NCBI GenBank assembly: GCA_965203055.1 | Contig: OZ241863.1 | Coordinates: 4,032,001-4,096,000 of the forward strand | From: Spirochaetia bacterium | Lineage (GTDB): Bacteria; Spirochaetota; Spirochaetia; SZUA-6; Bin103 | Length of the DNA: 64,000 nucleotides | Direction: 5' to 3' | Part shown: positions 17,747 to 26,596 of the stretch, piece after piece | Layout: every line of letters begins with the position of its first letter | Numbering within the stretch: position 1 is the first letter of the stretch | Made by a program: the position numbers and the translations under genes | The notes under the pieces: generated by a model | Told to the model about the DNA's origin: nothing | Databases searched by the model: none | What the model saw: only the letters and a program-made list of their open reading frames with translations

Positions 17747-18646
17747 CTATCCGCCGCCGGCCGCGGCCGGGCGCCGGTCCCGGAATCGTTCCAGCGGATA
17801 GTACTCGTAGAGCATGGTAATGGCTCCCAGGTCGGGCGGGACGTCCCAGCCGAGGCGCAGCACTACCGGCAGTTGCCGCTCCTCCCCCGGCGCGAAGGTG
17901 TCCTCGAAGAAGCAGAAGCACTGCAGCAACTCGGCATGCAGGTACGCCGCGGGGGGCTCCAGCAGGTGGCCGGCCTTGGCCGTGATCGTGTCCGCGGAGA
18001 GGTTGCGGACGTGGAATACGGCGGACCCGGTCTCGCCCGGTTTCAGGGTGACGTGATCCGGCTCCACCGAGAACGCGAAGGGCAGCTCCTCGCGCACTTC
18101 GGCGCGGAACTGAATCACGTAGCCGACGGCCCAATCCAGGAACACCTTCCAGCGCTCCTGCTCGCGCACCAGCTCCACCGGTTCGCTGAACTCGATCACC
18201 GGCAGCGCGCCGGCGCGGCCGCGGCGGCGCAGCTCGGCGCGGCGCGCGCGCAGCGTGGCGGCGGCGGCATCGCCGGCGCCGTGCAGCAGGCCGCGGAGCT
18301 CGGGATGATTCGCGTTCGGCGCGGCGCCATGCACGGTAACGACGCCGCTGCTGCCTTGCAGGTCGCTGTCGACGCTGCGGATCTCGATGAACCGGGCCAG
18401 CTCGCCGATCAGTTCCCGGAACTCGGCGGGCAATTGCGGGTGGCTGGCCAGATGCTGCTCACGCGTGCGCCAGCGGCGATCGGCGGCGGACGCCAAGTCA
18501 TACACCGCCGCCGCATCGTTGACGTAGCGCGCGCGCAGCAGCCGGGTCGCCACCTGTTCGGCGGACGGCGCGCGCACCGCCAGAAAGGCGCCGCCGCCGG
18601 CAGCCAATACCACAGCGGCCGCCGCTATGGGGAGCAGTCGATTCAC
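17747..18646 (-). CDS. Membrane-anchored protein with C-terminal Cox11/CtaG copper-chaperone domain
   Basis: N-terminal hydrophobic anchor; LKPGE..F..RN..LQCFCF..PGEERQLPV..Y; GTG at 18646. Confidence 0.75.
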   Translation of the reverse strand: MNRLLPIAAAAVVLAAGGGAFLAVRAPSAEQVATRLLRARYVNDAAAVYDLASAADRRWRTREQHLASHPQLPAEFRELIGELARFIEIRSVDSDLQGSSGVVTVHGAAPNANHPELRGLLHGAGDAAAATLRARRAELRRRGRAGALPVIEFSEPVELVREQERWKVFLDWAVGYVIQFRAEVREELPFAFSVEPDHVTLKPGETGSAVFHVRNLSADTITAKAGHLLEPPAAYLHAELLQCFCFFEDTFAPGEERQLPVVLRLGWDVPPDLGAITMLYEYYPLERFRDRRPAAAGGG

Positions 18647-18761
18647 GCCGCCCCCTATGATACGGCATTCCCGCCGCCGGCGTCCGTCTCGACCGAGGAA
18701 GGACGGTTCGTTGACGGCGGTTCGGGGGGGTTGGTACAGTGCCGGGACCTGGGAGGCGCCA

Positions 18762-19586
18762 ATGCTGTTGTACCGCACGCGGCGCGGCGTAATTGCCGCC
18801 ACCGGAAACGACTTCGTACTGCTGGCCGAGAGTTGGGACAGCCTGGTCGGTCCGCCCGGCCTGCCCGAACGGATCGACCGGCTGGTGGCGCAAGGCACCG
18901 CGCATGCCGCATTCGAGCCGCATGAGGCCCTGGTGCCGCTGGTGGCGCAGGAGGTGTGGGCCGCCGGCGTGACCTATTACCGCAGCCGCGACGCGCGCAT
19001 GGCCGAGTCGGAGCAGGCCGGCGGCGGCAGCTTCTACGATCGGGTGTACACCGCCGCGCGGCCGGAACTGTTCTTCAAGGGCAGCGCGCGCACCGCGGTG
19101 GGCAGCGGACAGGAGATCGCGCTGCGCTCGGACGCCGCCTGGAACGTCCCGGAACCGGAACTGGTGCTGCTGGCCGATGCCGGCGGTGAGCTGATCGGCT
19201 GCACCATCGGCAACGACGTGAGCTCCCGCGACATCGAGGGCGAGAACCCGCTCTACCTGCCGCAGGCCAAGGTGTACGACGCAAGCTGCGCCCTGGGGCC
19301 GGCGCTGCTGGTCGGCGCCGCGCCGCTGCCCGCCGCCACCGCCATCAGTCTGGCGATCGAGCGCGGCGGGGAGACGGTGTTCGCCGGCAGCACTACCCTG
19401 GCCGAACTGAAGCGCTCGCCGCAGGAACTGCTCGGCTACCTGTACCGCGACAACAGCTTCCCGCATGGCTGCTATCTCATGACCGGCACCGGAATCGTAC
19501 CGCCGGACGGCTTCACGCTGGCTTCCGGCGACACGGTGGCGATCACCATTGCGCCGATCGGCACGCTGACCAACCGGGTCGCCTGA
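18762..19586 (+). CDS. Fumarylacetoacetate hydrolase family; 2-keto-3-deoxy-pentonate dehydratase-like
   Basis: [59 protein letters not shown]. Confidence 0.85.
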   Translation: MLLYRTRRGVIAATGNDFVLLAESWDSLVGPPGLPERIDRLVAQGTAHAAFEPHEALVPLVAQEVWAAGVTYYRSRDARMAESEQAGGGSFYDRVYTAARPELFFKGSARTAVGSGQEIALRSDAAWNVPEPELVLLADAGGELIGCTIGNDVSSRDIEGENPLYLPQAKVYDASCALGPALLVGAAPLPAATAISLAIERGGETVFAGSTTLAELKRSPQELLGYLYRDNSFPHGCYLMTGTGIVPPDGFTLASGDTVAITIAPIGTLTNRVA

Positions 19587-19593
19587 CCACTCC

Positions 19594-21672
19594 GTGAGCA
19601 CGACCGAGCAGCCCCCGCGCGCCCGCGATTCGCGCGGCCCCAACCGCGAGCCGCCGCTGCGCGTCGCCGGCAGCGATGAGATCCTCGGCTTCCACGGCCT
19701 GGGCGCCGATTCCCGCGCCGCGGACGGCGGCGCGGCGGAGGCCGGCGCGGCGCTGCGCACCATGGGCGAGGCGCCGGCCGGCGTCCTGCCGCTCACCGCC
19801 GAGATGCTGCGCGAGGAACCGAGCGGCAACCTGTTCGGGCTCACCCACAACGTAGCCATGGGCTGGCGCCCCGAAGAGACCACCCGCCCCGCGTTCATGA
19901 TCCTCAGCACGCAGGGCGGGGTGCGGGCGCCGGATGGGAAGCCGGTCGCCCTCGGCCTGCACACCGGCCACTGGGAGGTAGGATTGCTGGTGCAGGCCGC
20001 GGCCGACACCCTGCGCGCCGCCGGCTGCATCCCGTTCGCCGCCTTCTGCACCGATCCCTGCGACGGCCGCTCGCAGGGCACGCCGGGCATGCTGGACAGC
20101 CTTCCCTACCGCAACGACGCCGCCATCGTGCTGCGCCGGCTGGCGCGCTCCCTGCCGACGCGCAGCGGGGTGCTGGGCGTGGCCACCTGCGACAAGGGGC
20201 TGCCGGCCATGCTGCTGGCGGTGGCCGGCCTGGGCGCCGAGCCGGGAGTGATCGTCCCCGGCGGCGTGACCCTGCCGGCGCCCGACTCCGAGGATACCGG
20301 TCTGGTGCAGACCATCGGCGCCCGCTTCGCGCACGGCCTGATCACTCTGCAACACGCCCAGACCATGGGTTGCCGGGCGTGCGGCAGCGCCGGCGGCGGC
20401 TGCCAGTTCCTGGGCACCGCGGCCACCGCGCAGGTGGTCGCCGAAGCCCTCGGCCTGACCCTGCCGCACGCGGCGCTGGCACCGTCGGGCGAGCCGGTAT
20501 GGCTGGACATGGCGCGGCGCTCCGCGGCGGCCCTGGTGAGCCTGGCGGTGGCCGGAGCGCGCACGCGCGACCTGCTCACCGCGCACGCCGTGGACAACGC
20601 CATGGTGGTGCACGCCGCCTTCGGCGGCTCCACCAACCTGCTGCTGCACCTGCCGGCCGCGGCCCATGCCGCGGGTTTGCGAGTCCCCACCGTCGAGGAC
20701 TGGGCGCGAGTGAACCGCAGCACGCCGCGGCTGGTGGACGCGCTCCCCAACGGCCCGGTCGGCCACCCCACCAGCCAGGTGTTCGCGGCCGGCGCGGTGC
20801 CCGAGGTAATGCTGCACCTGCGGCGCGCCGGGCTGCTGCATACCGCGGCGCGCACCGTCAGCGGGCTCACCGTGGACCAGGTGCTGGACGCCTGGGAGCA
20901 GAGCCCGCGCCGCGCCCAGGCGCGGGCCGCGTGCGCGGCCGGCGGGGCGCCGCCCGATCAGGTAATCATGGATCCCGACGCCGCCCGGGCGCGCGGCCTC
21001 ACCAGCACGGTGGTGTTCCCGGTCGGCAACCTCGCGCCCGAAGGGTCGGTGATCAAGGCCACCGCCATCGATCCCGGCGTGGTGGACGCCGCCGGCGTCT
21101 ACTGCCATCGCGGCGCGGCGCGGGTGTTCACCAGCGAGGCCGCGGCCATCGCCGCCATCAAGGGCGCCGCCGGGACGCGGCCGGTCCGGGCGGGCGACGT
21201 CGTGGTGGTGATGGGCATTGGCCCGGCCGGCACCGGCATGGAGGAGATCTATCAAATTACCTCCGCGCTCAAGTACCTGCCCTGGGGCAAGACGGTGTCG
21301 GTGCTCACCGACGCGCGCTTCTCCGGCGTGTCCACCGGCGCCTGCATCGGCCACGTCGGGCCGGAGGCGCTCGCCGGCGGGCCCATCGGCAAGCTGCGCG
21401 ACGGCGACCTGATCGAGATCCGCATCGACCGCAACCGGCTGGAGGGGCGCGCCGCCCTGGTGGGCACCGCGCACGGTCCGCTCAGCGAGGAGGCCGCGGC
21501 GGCGTTGTTGCGGCGCCGGGCGCCGCACCCGGAGCTGGCCCCCAACCCGGAGCTGCCGGCGGACACCCGGCTATGGGCGGCCCTGCAGGCGGCCAGCGGC
21601 GGCACCTGGCGCGGCGCCGTCTACGACGTGGAGCGAATCTGCGCCGCGCTGCAGGGCGCCGGCGGCTCCTGA
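19594..21672 (+). CDS. D-xylonate dehydratase, YjhG/YagF family (IlvD/Edd superfamily)
   Basis: [55 protein letters not shown]. Confidence 0.9.
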   Translation: MSTTEQPPRARDSRGPNREPPLRVAGSDEILGFHGLGADSRAADGGAAEAGAALRTMGEAPAGVLPLTAEMLREEPSGNLFGLTHNVAMGWRPEETTRPAFMILSTQGGVRAPDGKPVALGLHTGHWEVGLLVQAAADTLRAAGCIPFAAFCTDPCDGRSQGTPGMLDSLPYRNDAAIVLRRLARSLPTRSGVLGVATCDKGLPAMLLAVAGLGAEPGVIVPGGVTLPAPDSEDTGLVQTIGARFAHGLITLQHAQTMGCRACGSAGGGCQFLGTAATAQVVAEALGLTLPHAALAPSGEPVWLDMARRSAAALVSLAVAGARTRDLLTAHAVDNAMVVHAAFGGSTNLLLHLPAAAHAAGLRVPTVEDWARVNRSTPRLVDALPNGPVGHPTSQVFAAGAVPEVMLHLRRAGLLHTAARTVSGLTVDQVLDAWEQSPRRAQARAACAAGGAPPDQVIMDPDAARARGLTSTVVFPVGNLAPEGSVIKATAIDPGVVDAAGVYCHRGAARVFTSEAAAIAAIKGAAGTRPVRAGDVVVVMGIGPAGTGMEEIYQITSALKYLPWGKTVSVLTDARFSGVSTGACIGHVGPEALAGGPIGKLRDGDLIEIRIDRNRLEGRAALVGTAHGPLSEEAAAALLRRRAPHPELAPNPELPADTRLWAALQAASGGTWRGAVYDVERICAALQGAGGS

Positions 21673-21688
21673 AGGAGCGCGCCGCAGA

Positions 21689-22690
21689 GTGTCCCCGGAA
21701 CCGTTTCTCAATGCCCTCGGAGCCGGGCTCGCGGCGCGGGCCGGGGGAGCGGCCCGCCTGCCCGGCAGCGGCGCGGGGGACGCACGCCTGGACCCCTACT
21801 CCCGGGCCGTGATCGAGGCGGTGGACGCCGTCGCGCCGGCGGTGGTGAACCTGGAAACCGCGCAGGGAGCCGCCTCCGGGTTCATCTTCACGCCCGACGG
21901 CTTCATCCTTACCAACAGCCACGTGGTGGCGAACGCGGAGCAGCTCACGGCAACCCTGGCCGATGGCCGCCAGTTCGGCGCGCAGGTGGTGGGCGCCGAC
22001 CCGGACACCGATCTGGCGGTGCTGCGCATCTGGGGCGACGACCTGGCGGCCGCGCCGCTTGGCGATTCCTCGACCATCCGGGTAGGGCAACTGGTGGTGG
22101 CGATCGGCAACCCCTACGGGTTCCAGTACACGGTGACCGCCGGCGTGGTCAGCGCCCTGGGGCGCACCCTGCAGTCGGACGCCGGGCGCCAGATCAACGA
22201 CGTGATCCAGACCGACGCCCCGCTCAACCCCGGCAACTCCGGCGGACCGCTGGTGACCTCCTGCGGCGAGGTGGTGGGGGTGAATACCGCGGCCATCGTG
22301 CCGGCGCAGGGGATCTGCTTCGCCACCGCCATCAACACCGCCAAGTACGTCACCGGTCATCTGCTGCGCGAGGGCCGGGTGCGGCGCAGCTACATCGGCA
22401 TTGGCGGTCACACCGTGTCGATCGCGCGCCGCGTAGTACGCCAGCTCCAACTGCCGGTGGACGCGGGGGTGATGGTCGAGTCGGTGGAGGGGCGCGGCCC
22501 CGCGGGCCGCGCCGGAGTGCAGCGCGGCGACGTGATCGTGGCCTTCGCCGGCGCGCCGACCGGCGCGATCGATCAGCTCGACAAGCTGTTGGACGAACGC
22601 GCGGTCGGCCGCGCCACGCCGATGACCGTCCTGCGCCGCGCCCGGAAGCTGGAACTCACCATCACGCCGGGCGAGTACGGCAGCGGCTGA
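21689..22690 (+). CDS. HtrA/DegP-like trypsin serine protease with one PDZ domain
   Basis: LTNSHVV, DLAVL, IQTDAPLNPGNSGGPL, C-terminal PDZ. Confidence 0.9.
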   Translation: MSPEPFLNALGAGLAARAGGAARLPGSGAGDARLDPYSRAVIEAVDAVAPAVVNLETAQGAASGFIFTPDGFILTNSHVVANAEQLTATLADGRQFGAQVVGADPDTDLAVLRIWGDDLAAAPLGDSSTIRVGQLVVAIGNPYGFQYTVTAGVVSALGRTLQSDAGRQINDVIQTDAPLNPGNSGGPLVTSCGEVVGVNTAAIVPAQGICFATAINTAKYVTGHLLREGRVRRSYIGIGGHTVSIARRVVRQLQLPVDAGVMVESVEGRGPAGRAGVQRGDVIVAFAGAPTGAIDQLDKLLDERAVGRATPMTVLRRARKLELTITPGEYGSG

Positions 22691-22735
22691 CACCTGCTGA
22701 CAGCGCCGGCCGCGCCGCGCATAATGGTGCGCGCC

Positions 22736-23026
22736 ATGGCGAACATCATTCCCCTGCGGACCCGGAAGCTGGCTCCGGACTGCTACGTCTACAAGCACTC
22801 CACCGCGTGTCCGATCTCCGCCGCGGCGGCGGAAGTGGTGCGCGCGTACGCCTTCGACCGGCCGCTGTACTGGGTCAACGTGATCGAACAGCGGCGGTTG
22901 TCCAACTGGATTGCCGCCGCCTACGAGGTGCGCCACCAGTCGCCGCAGCTCCTGAAGATCACCGGCGGGGCGCTGGAGCGGCAGTGGAGCCACTTCGCCA
23001 TCACCGCCGCCAACCTCACCGAGTAA
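22736..23026 (+). CDS. Monothiol bacilliredoxin BrxC/YtxJ family protein
   Basis: KHSTACPIS, HQSPQ, WSHFAIT; alternative ATG at 22724. Confidence 0.8.
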   Translation: MANIIPLRTRKLAPDCYVYKHSTACPISAAAAEVVRAYAFDRPLYWVNVIEQRRLSNWIAAAYEVRHQSPQLLKITGGALERQWSHFAITAANLTE

Positions 23027-23047
23027 CCGGCGCCCCGGCGGGCGCCG

Positions 23048-24208
23048 CTACCAGGAAAAGGCGCCGCTCCAGAGTTCGCCCAGGAACGTGCGCCAATGCA
23101 GGAGGCGGATGCCGTCGCCGGTACGCCGGTCCAACTCGTCGAAGGAAACCAGAAACGACGCCGCGCCGGGGCGTTCTTCGGCCAGGGCGCGCAGACCGCG
23201 CAGGTCGCGGTCGGACACCCGGCTCGACGCCTTTACCTCGACGGCCGCTGCCGAGCCGACCAGGAAGTCCACCTCGAGTCCGCTCTGCGTGCGCCAGTAG
23301 GTGAGCTCGCTCCGTACGCGCCGGTAGGAGAGATAGCTGCGCAGCTCCATGGCGATGAAGTGCTCGAACGCGACGCCGTATTCGCTGCTGTTCCGGTTCA
23401 GCGCGCGGATGCCGCGCAGGAAGTTGGCCACGCCCACGTCGAAGAAGTAGAACTTGGCGGTCGCCGCGGCCTTGCGCCGGCGGGAGCCGCGCCAGGGTTG
23501 CAGCAGGAACCCGATGAAGGTGTCCGCGAGGATGTCGAAGTAGGACCGCACCGAGGTGGCGGGTACCCCGGTGTCGCGCGCCACGTTCGCGAAGTTGAGC
23601 TGCTGGCCGTTGGAAACCGCGGCGACGTTCAGAAACCGGGAGAAGTGAACGAAGTTCCGGACCAGCGCCTCGCCGCGGATCTCTTCGGCCAAGTAGGTGT
23701 TGACGTACGCGTCGAGCTCCTCCTCCGGGTACGCGGCGCCATAGACCTGCGGCAGCCCGCCGTGCAGGAGGTAGCGGCCCAGGTCCAGCTCCGGCACCTC
23801 CGCGCTCGTCAGCGGGAACAGGTTGGCCTGCCACGCGCGGCCGCCCAGCAGGTTCACGCCGCCGCGCGTGAGCTTGCGGCCGCTGGAACCGCTCAGCACG
23901 AAGTGGATCCCCTTCGTCTCGATCAGGTCATGCACCTCGTCGAGCAGCCGGGGCAGCTTCTGGATCTCGTCGATGACGACGACCGGCGCGCCGGCCGCGG
24001 CATCGACGCGGCCTTCGGCCACTACCTCGCGCAGGCGCGAGGGATGCTCGGCGAGCGGCAGGTATACGCTGCTGCGCAGGAGATCCAGGATCGCGCGCGG
24101 GTCGAACTGCGCGCGCAGCAGCGTGGTCTTGCCGGTGCTGCGGGGACCGAACAGAAACAGCGACTTGCGGGCGGCGAGCTCCCTGACATCCAACGCTCGG
24201 GCGTACAC
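23048..24208 (-). CDS. AAA_14 ATPase with DUF4143 C-terminal domain
   Basis: GPRSTGKTT, IDEIQK, SGSS, LLGGRA, GGLP, KFYFFDVG, AFE, YWRT..EVDF..EVK; GTG at 24208. Confidence 0.88.
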   Translation of the reverse strand: MYARALDVRELAARKSLFLFGPRSTGKTTLLRAQFDPRAILDLLRSSVYLPLAEHPSRLREVVAEGRVDAAAGAPVVVIDEIQKLPRLLDEVHDLIETKGIHFVLSGSSGRKLTRGGVNLLGGRAWQANLFPLTSAEVPELDLGRYLLHGGLPQVYGAAYPEEELDAYVNTYLAEEIRGEALVRNFVHFSRFLNVAAVSNGQQLNFANVARDTGVPATSVRSYFDILADTFIGFLLQPWRGSRRRKAAATAKFYFFDVGVANFLRGIRALNRNSSEYGVAFEHFIAMELRSYLSYRRVRSELTYWRTQSGLEVDFLVGSAAAVEVKASSRVSDRDLRGLRALAEERPGAASFLVSFDELDRRTGDGIRLLHWRTFLGELWSGAFSW

Positions 24209-24247
24209 CGTCCCCGGAGTGTACGGACCCGCATCCCTGGAAATCAA

Positions 24248-24290
24248 CGGTACGGCCGCTGATTTTCCCGTAAAATCAACGGCCGTACCG
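24248..24290. repeat. 19-bp inverted repeat (1 mismatch, 5-nt loop) between divergent genes
   Basis: CGGTACGGCCGCTGATTTT-cccgt-AAAATCAACGGCCGTACCG. Confidence 0.8.
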
Positions 24291-24364
24291 CGCATCTGCA
24301 CATTCCCGCACTTCCCGCTCCGCGGCCGGTAGCCGCGGGCGCCGCGGCCACCTACACTGCGGGA

Positions 24365-25672
24365 ATGATGAGCGCCGCCGCCATTCTCGCCGTCTGGATC
24401 GTCTGGTACGTGGCGCACCAAGCCTGGGAGGCGCTTCTCACCCTGCTGAACCTGCGCCACGCCGCCCGCAACCCGCAGCCGCCGGCGGAGCTGCGCGGCG
24501 TGCTGGAGCAGGCCACCATGACCCGCTCGCGCGCCTACTTGGCGGCGCGCAGCCGACTCGACCTGGTCAGCCGCGGGCTGCGCGCCGCGCTGGTCCTGGC
24601 GGTGGTCGCCGGCGGGGTTCTCGGGGCGCTGGATCAGTGGCTGGCGCACTGGCTGCAGGCGCGCGGAATCGCTTCGCCGCTGCTCGCCGGCACCCTGTTC
24701 GTCCTGGTGCTGGTGTGGGCGAGCAACCTGCTCACCCTGGGGCTGCGCCTGTACGGACAATTCGTGATCGAAGCGCGCTTCGGCTTCAACAACATGACTT
24801 GGCGCACCTTCGCCCTGGATCAGGTGAAGAGCGCCGCCTTGACGGCCGTCCTGGGGATTCCGCTGCTGCTGGGCCTGTTCTGGTTCATGGCCGAGACCGG
24901 AACCCGCTGGTGGCTCTACGCGTTCTGCTTCATCGCCGGCTACCAGCTCCTGGTGACCTACCTGTACCAGCCGCTCATCGCGCCGCTGTTCAACAAGTTC
25001 CAACCGCTCGCCGGCGGCTCCCTGCAGCGGCGGCTGGTGGAGCTCGCCGCGCGGCTGCGGTTCCGCGTGCGTTCGATACTGGTCATGGACGGCAGCCGCC
25101 GTTCGCGCCACAGCAACGCCTACTTCGCCGGGTTCGGCCGCGCCAAGCGCATCGTGTTGTTCGACACGCTGCTCTCCGCCCTGGACGAGCCCCAGGTGGA
25201 AGCAGTCCTGGCCCACGAGATCGGCCACGAAAAGCGCCGCCACGTGACCAAGCACCTCGCCCTGAGTCTGCTGCTCACCCTGGCCGGGCTGTGGCTGATG
25301 AGCGTGCTCCTGCACCAGCCGGCGCTGTTCGCGGCATTCGGGTTCCACCTGGCCGGGACCGGCCAGCCCGGCTCCCACGCCGCGCTCGTCATCCTGTCGC
25401 TGCTGACCGGGCCGGCCGCGCTGGTGGTGCAGCCGCTGGCGAGCGCGTGGATCCGGCGTCACGAATATGAGGCCGACCGCTACGCGGTGGCCGCGGTCGG
25501 CGGCGCCGAGGCGCTGGCCGAAGCGCTGATAACCCTCAGCCGCGACAACTTGAGCAACCCCAACCCGCATCCCTGGTACAGCGCCTATCACTACTCTCAC
25601 CCGACCCTGGCGGAACGGCTGCGCGCGATGCGCCGCCATGCGGCTACGCCGGCGCCGGCGCCGGATGGCTGA
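24365..25672 (+). CDS. M48 family membrane metallopeptidase (Ste24/CAAX protease-like)
   Basis: IEARFGFN, PLFNKF, DGSRRS.HSNAYF.G, LAHEIGH, EYEAD.YA, YSHP. Confidence 0.92.
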   Translation: MMSAAAILAVWIVWYVAHQAWEALLTLLNLRHAARNPQPPAELRGVLEQATMTRSRAYLAARSRLDLVSRGLRAALVLAVVAGGVLGALDQWLAHWLQARGIASPLLAGTLFVLVLVWASNLLTLGLRLYGQFVIEARFGFNNMTWRTFALDQVKSAALTAVLGIPLLLGLFWFMAETGTRWWLYAFCFIAGYQLLVTYLYQPLIAPLFNKFQPLAGGSLQRRLVELAARLRFRVRSILVMDGSRRSRHSNAYFAGFGRAKRIVLFDTLLSALDEPQVEAVLAHEIGHEKRRHVTKHLALSLLLTLAGLWLMSVLLHQPALFAAFGFHLAGTGQPGSHAALVILSLLTGPAALVVQPLASAWIRRHEYEADRYAVAAVGGAEALAEALITLSRDNLSNPNPHPWYSAYHYSHPTLAERLRAMRRHAATPAPAPDG

Positions 25673-25772
25673 CCCGCGGCGTAGCGGGGTTGCGGGTTGC
25701 GTTTTGCGGATGCTGCTTGCGTTTTGCCGGTAGCAACCAAGTATATTGTCCGGGTAGCATACCGGCTTCAGC

Positions 25773-25846
25773 GGGCCCATAGCTCAGTCGGTTAGAGCAG
25801 CGGACTCATAATCCGCGTGTCCAAGGTTCAAGTCCTTGTGGGCCCA
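25773..25846 (+). tRNA. tRNA with CAT anticodon, most likely tRNA-Ile2 (lysidine-modified); CCA not encoded
   Basis: GGGCCCA/TGGGCCC acceptor stem, anticodon arm GCGGA-CTCATAA-TCCGC, T-loop GTTCAAGTCC; paired 1:72 and no GGG/CCC anticodon stem, so not initiator. Confidence 0.9.
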
Positions 25847-25884
25847 GGCAGCGTTTGCGCGCCCGCGGTCGCGCAGGAGGTTTC

Positions 25885-26583
25885 ATGGCAGTGGTAACCA
25901 TTTCCCGGCAACTCGGCAGCGGCGCCCGGGCGATCGGCGAGCGCGCGGCGGAGCTGCTCGGCTATGAGGTCGTGGACAAGGCGCTGATTACCGAGGTCGC
26001 CGATCAGGCGCGCGTCGACGAAGAGGAAGTGGCCGAGATCGACGAAGTGGAGGAGCCGGGCGTGCGCGGGTTCCTGAGTCGCTGGTTCACCATGGAGAGC
26101 GCGGCCAGCGTGCCCTCATCGTCGTTGGTGGATCTCTCCTACCACGGTCCCGGCGGGATCTTCGTGCCGCCGGTGGACGCCGACACCAGCGAGGAACTGC
26201 ACTACCTCGACCGGCGGCAGTATCATCGGTTGATTCAGCAGACCATTCAGCGCCTGCGCGACCGGGGCAAGGTGATCATCGTCGGGCGCGGCGGCATGAT
26301 CGTGCTGCGCGACGATCCCAATACGCTACGAGTGCGCATCGTGGCCTCCGAGGAGGCGCGCGCCGAGCGCCTGGCCGGCGAAGAAGGGACGAGCTTTCGC
26401 GACGCCCTGCAGCAGGTACGTCTCAGCGACCGGCGCCGGGCCGCCTTCGTGCAGCGCAATTATCACGTCAGTTGGAACGACACCGCTCTCTACCACCTGG
26501 TCATCAACACCGAAGTCACCGCCACGGCGATGGCGGCCTCCGCCATCGCCGCCGCGGTCGGCGCCATGAAGCCGGTGGCATGA
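25885..26583 (+). CDS. Cytidylate kinase-like family protein
   Basis: VTISRQLGSG, VIIVGRGG, SDRRR, YHLVINT; GGAGG RBS. Confidence 0.85.
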   Translation: MAVVTISRQLGSGARAIGERAAELLGYEVVDKALITEVADQARVDEEEVAEIDEVEEPGVRGFLSRWFTMESAASVPSSSLVDLSYHGPGGIFVPPVDADTSEELHYLDRRQYHRLIQQTIQRLRDRGKVIIVGRGGMIVLRDDPNTLRVRIVASEEARAERLAGEEGTSFRDALQQVRLSDRRRAAFVQRNYHVSWNDTALYHLVINTEVTATAMAASAIAAAVGAMKPVA

Positions 26584-26596
26584 CCGCGGCGCGCTA

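Noticed and set aside
25717..25747. Sigma70 promoter for tRNA-Ile (TTGCGT..TATATT)
   Set aside because: 19-nt spacing is non-optimal; not supportable from sequence alone
23048..25780. 910-aa ORF as a single large protein
   Set aside because: The N-terminal part is antisense to the M48 peptidase; only 23048..24208 has recognisable motifs
25773..25846. tRNA-Met (initiator or elongator) assignment
   Set aside because: Lacks initiator features and resembles tRNA-Ile2 more closely; elongator Met is not fully excluded without a covariance-model test
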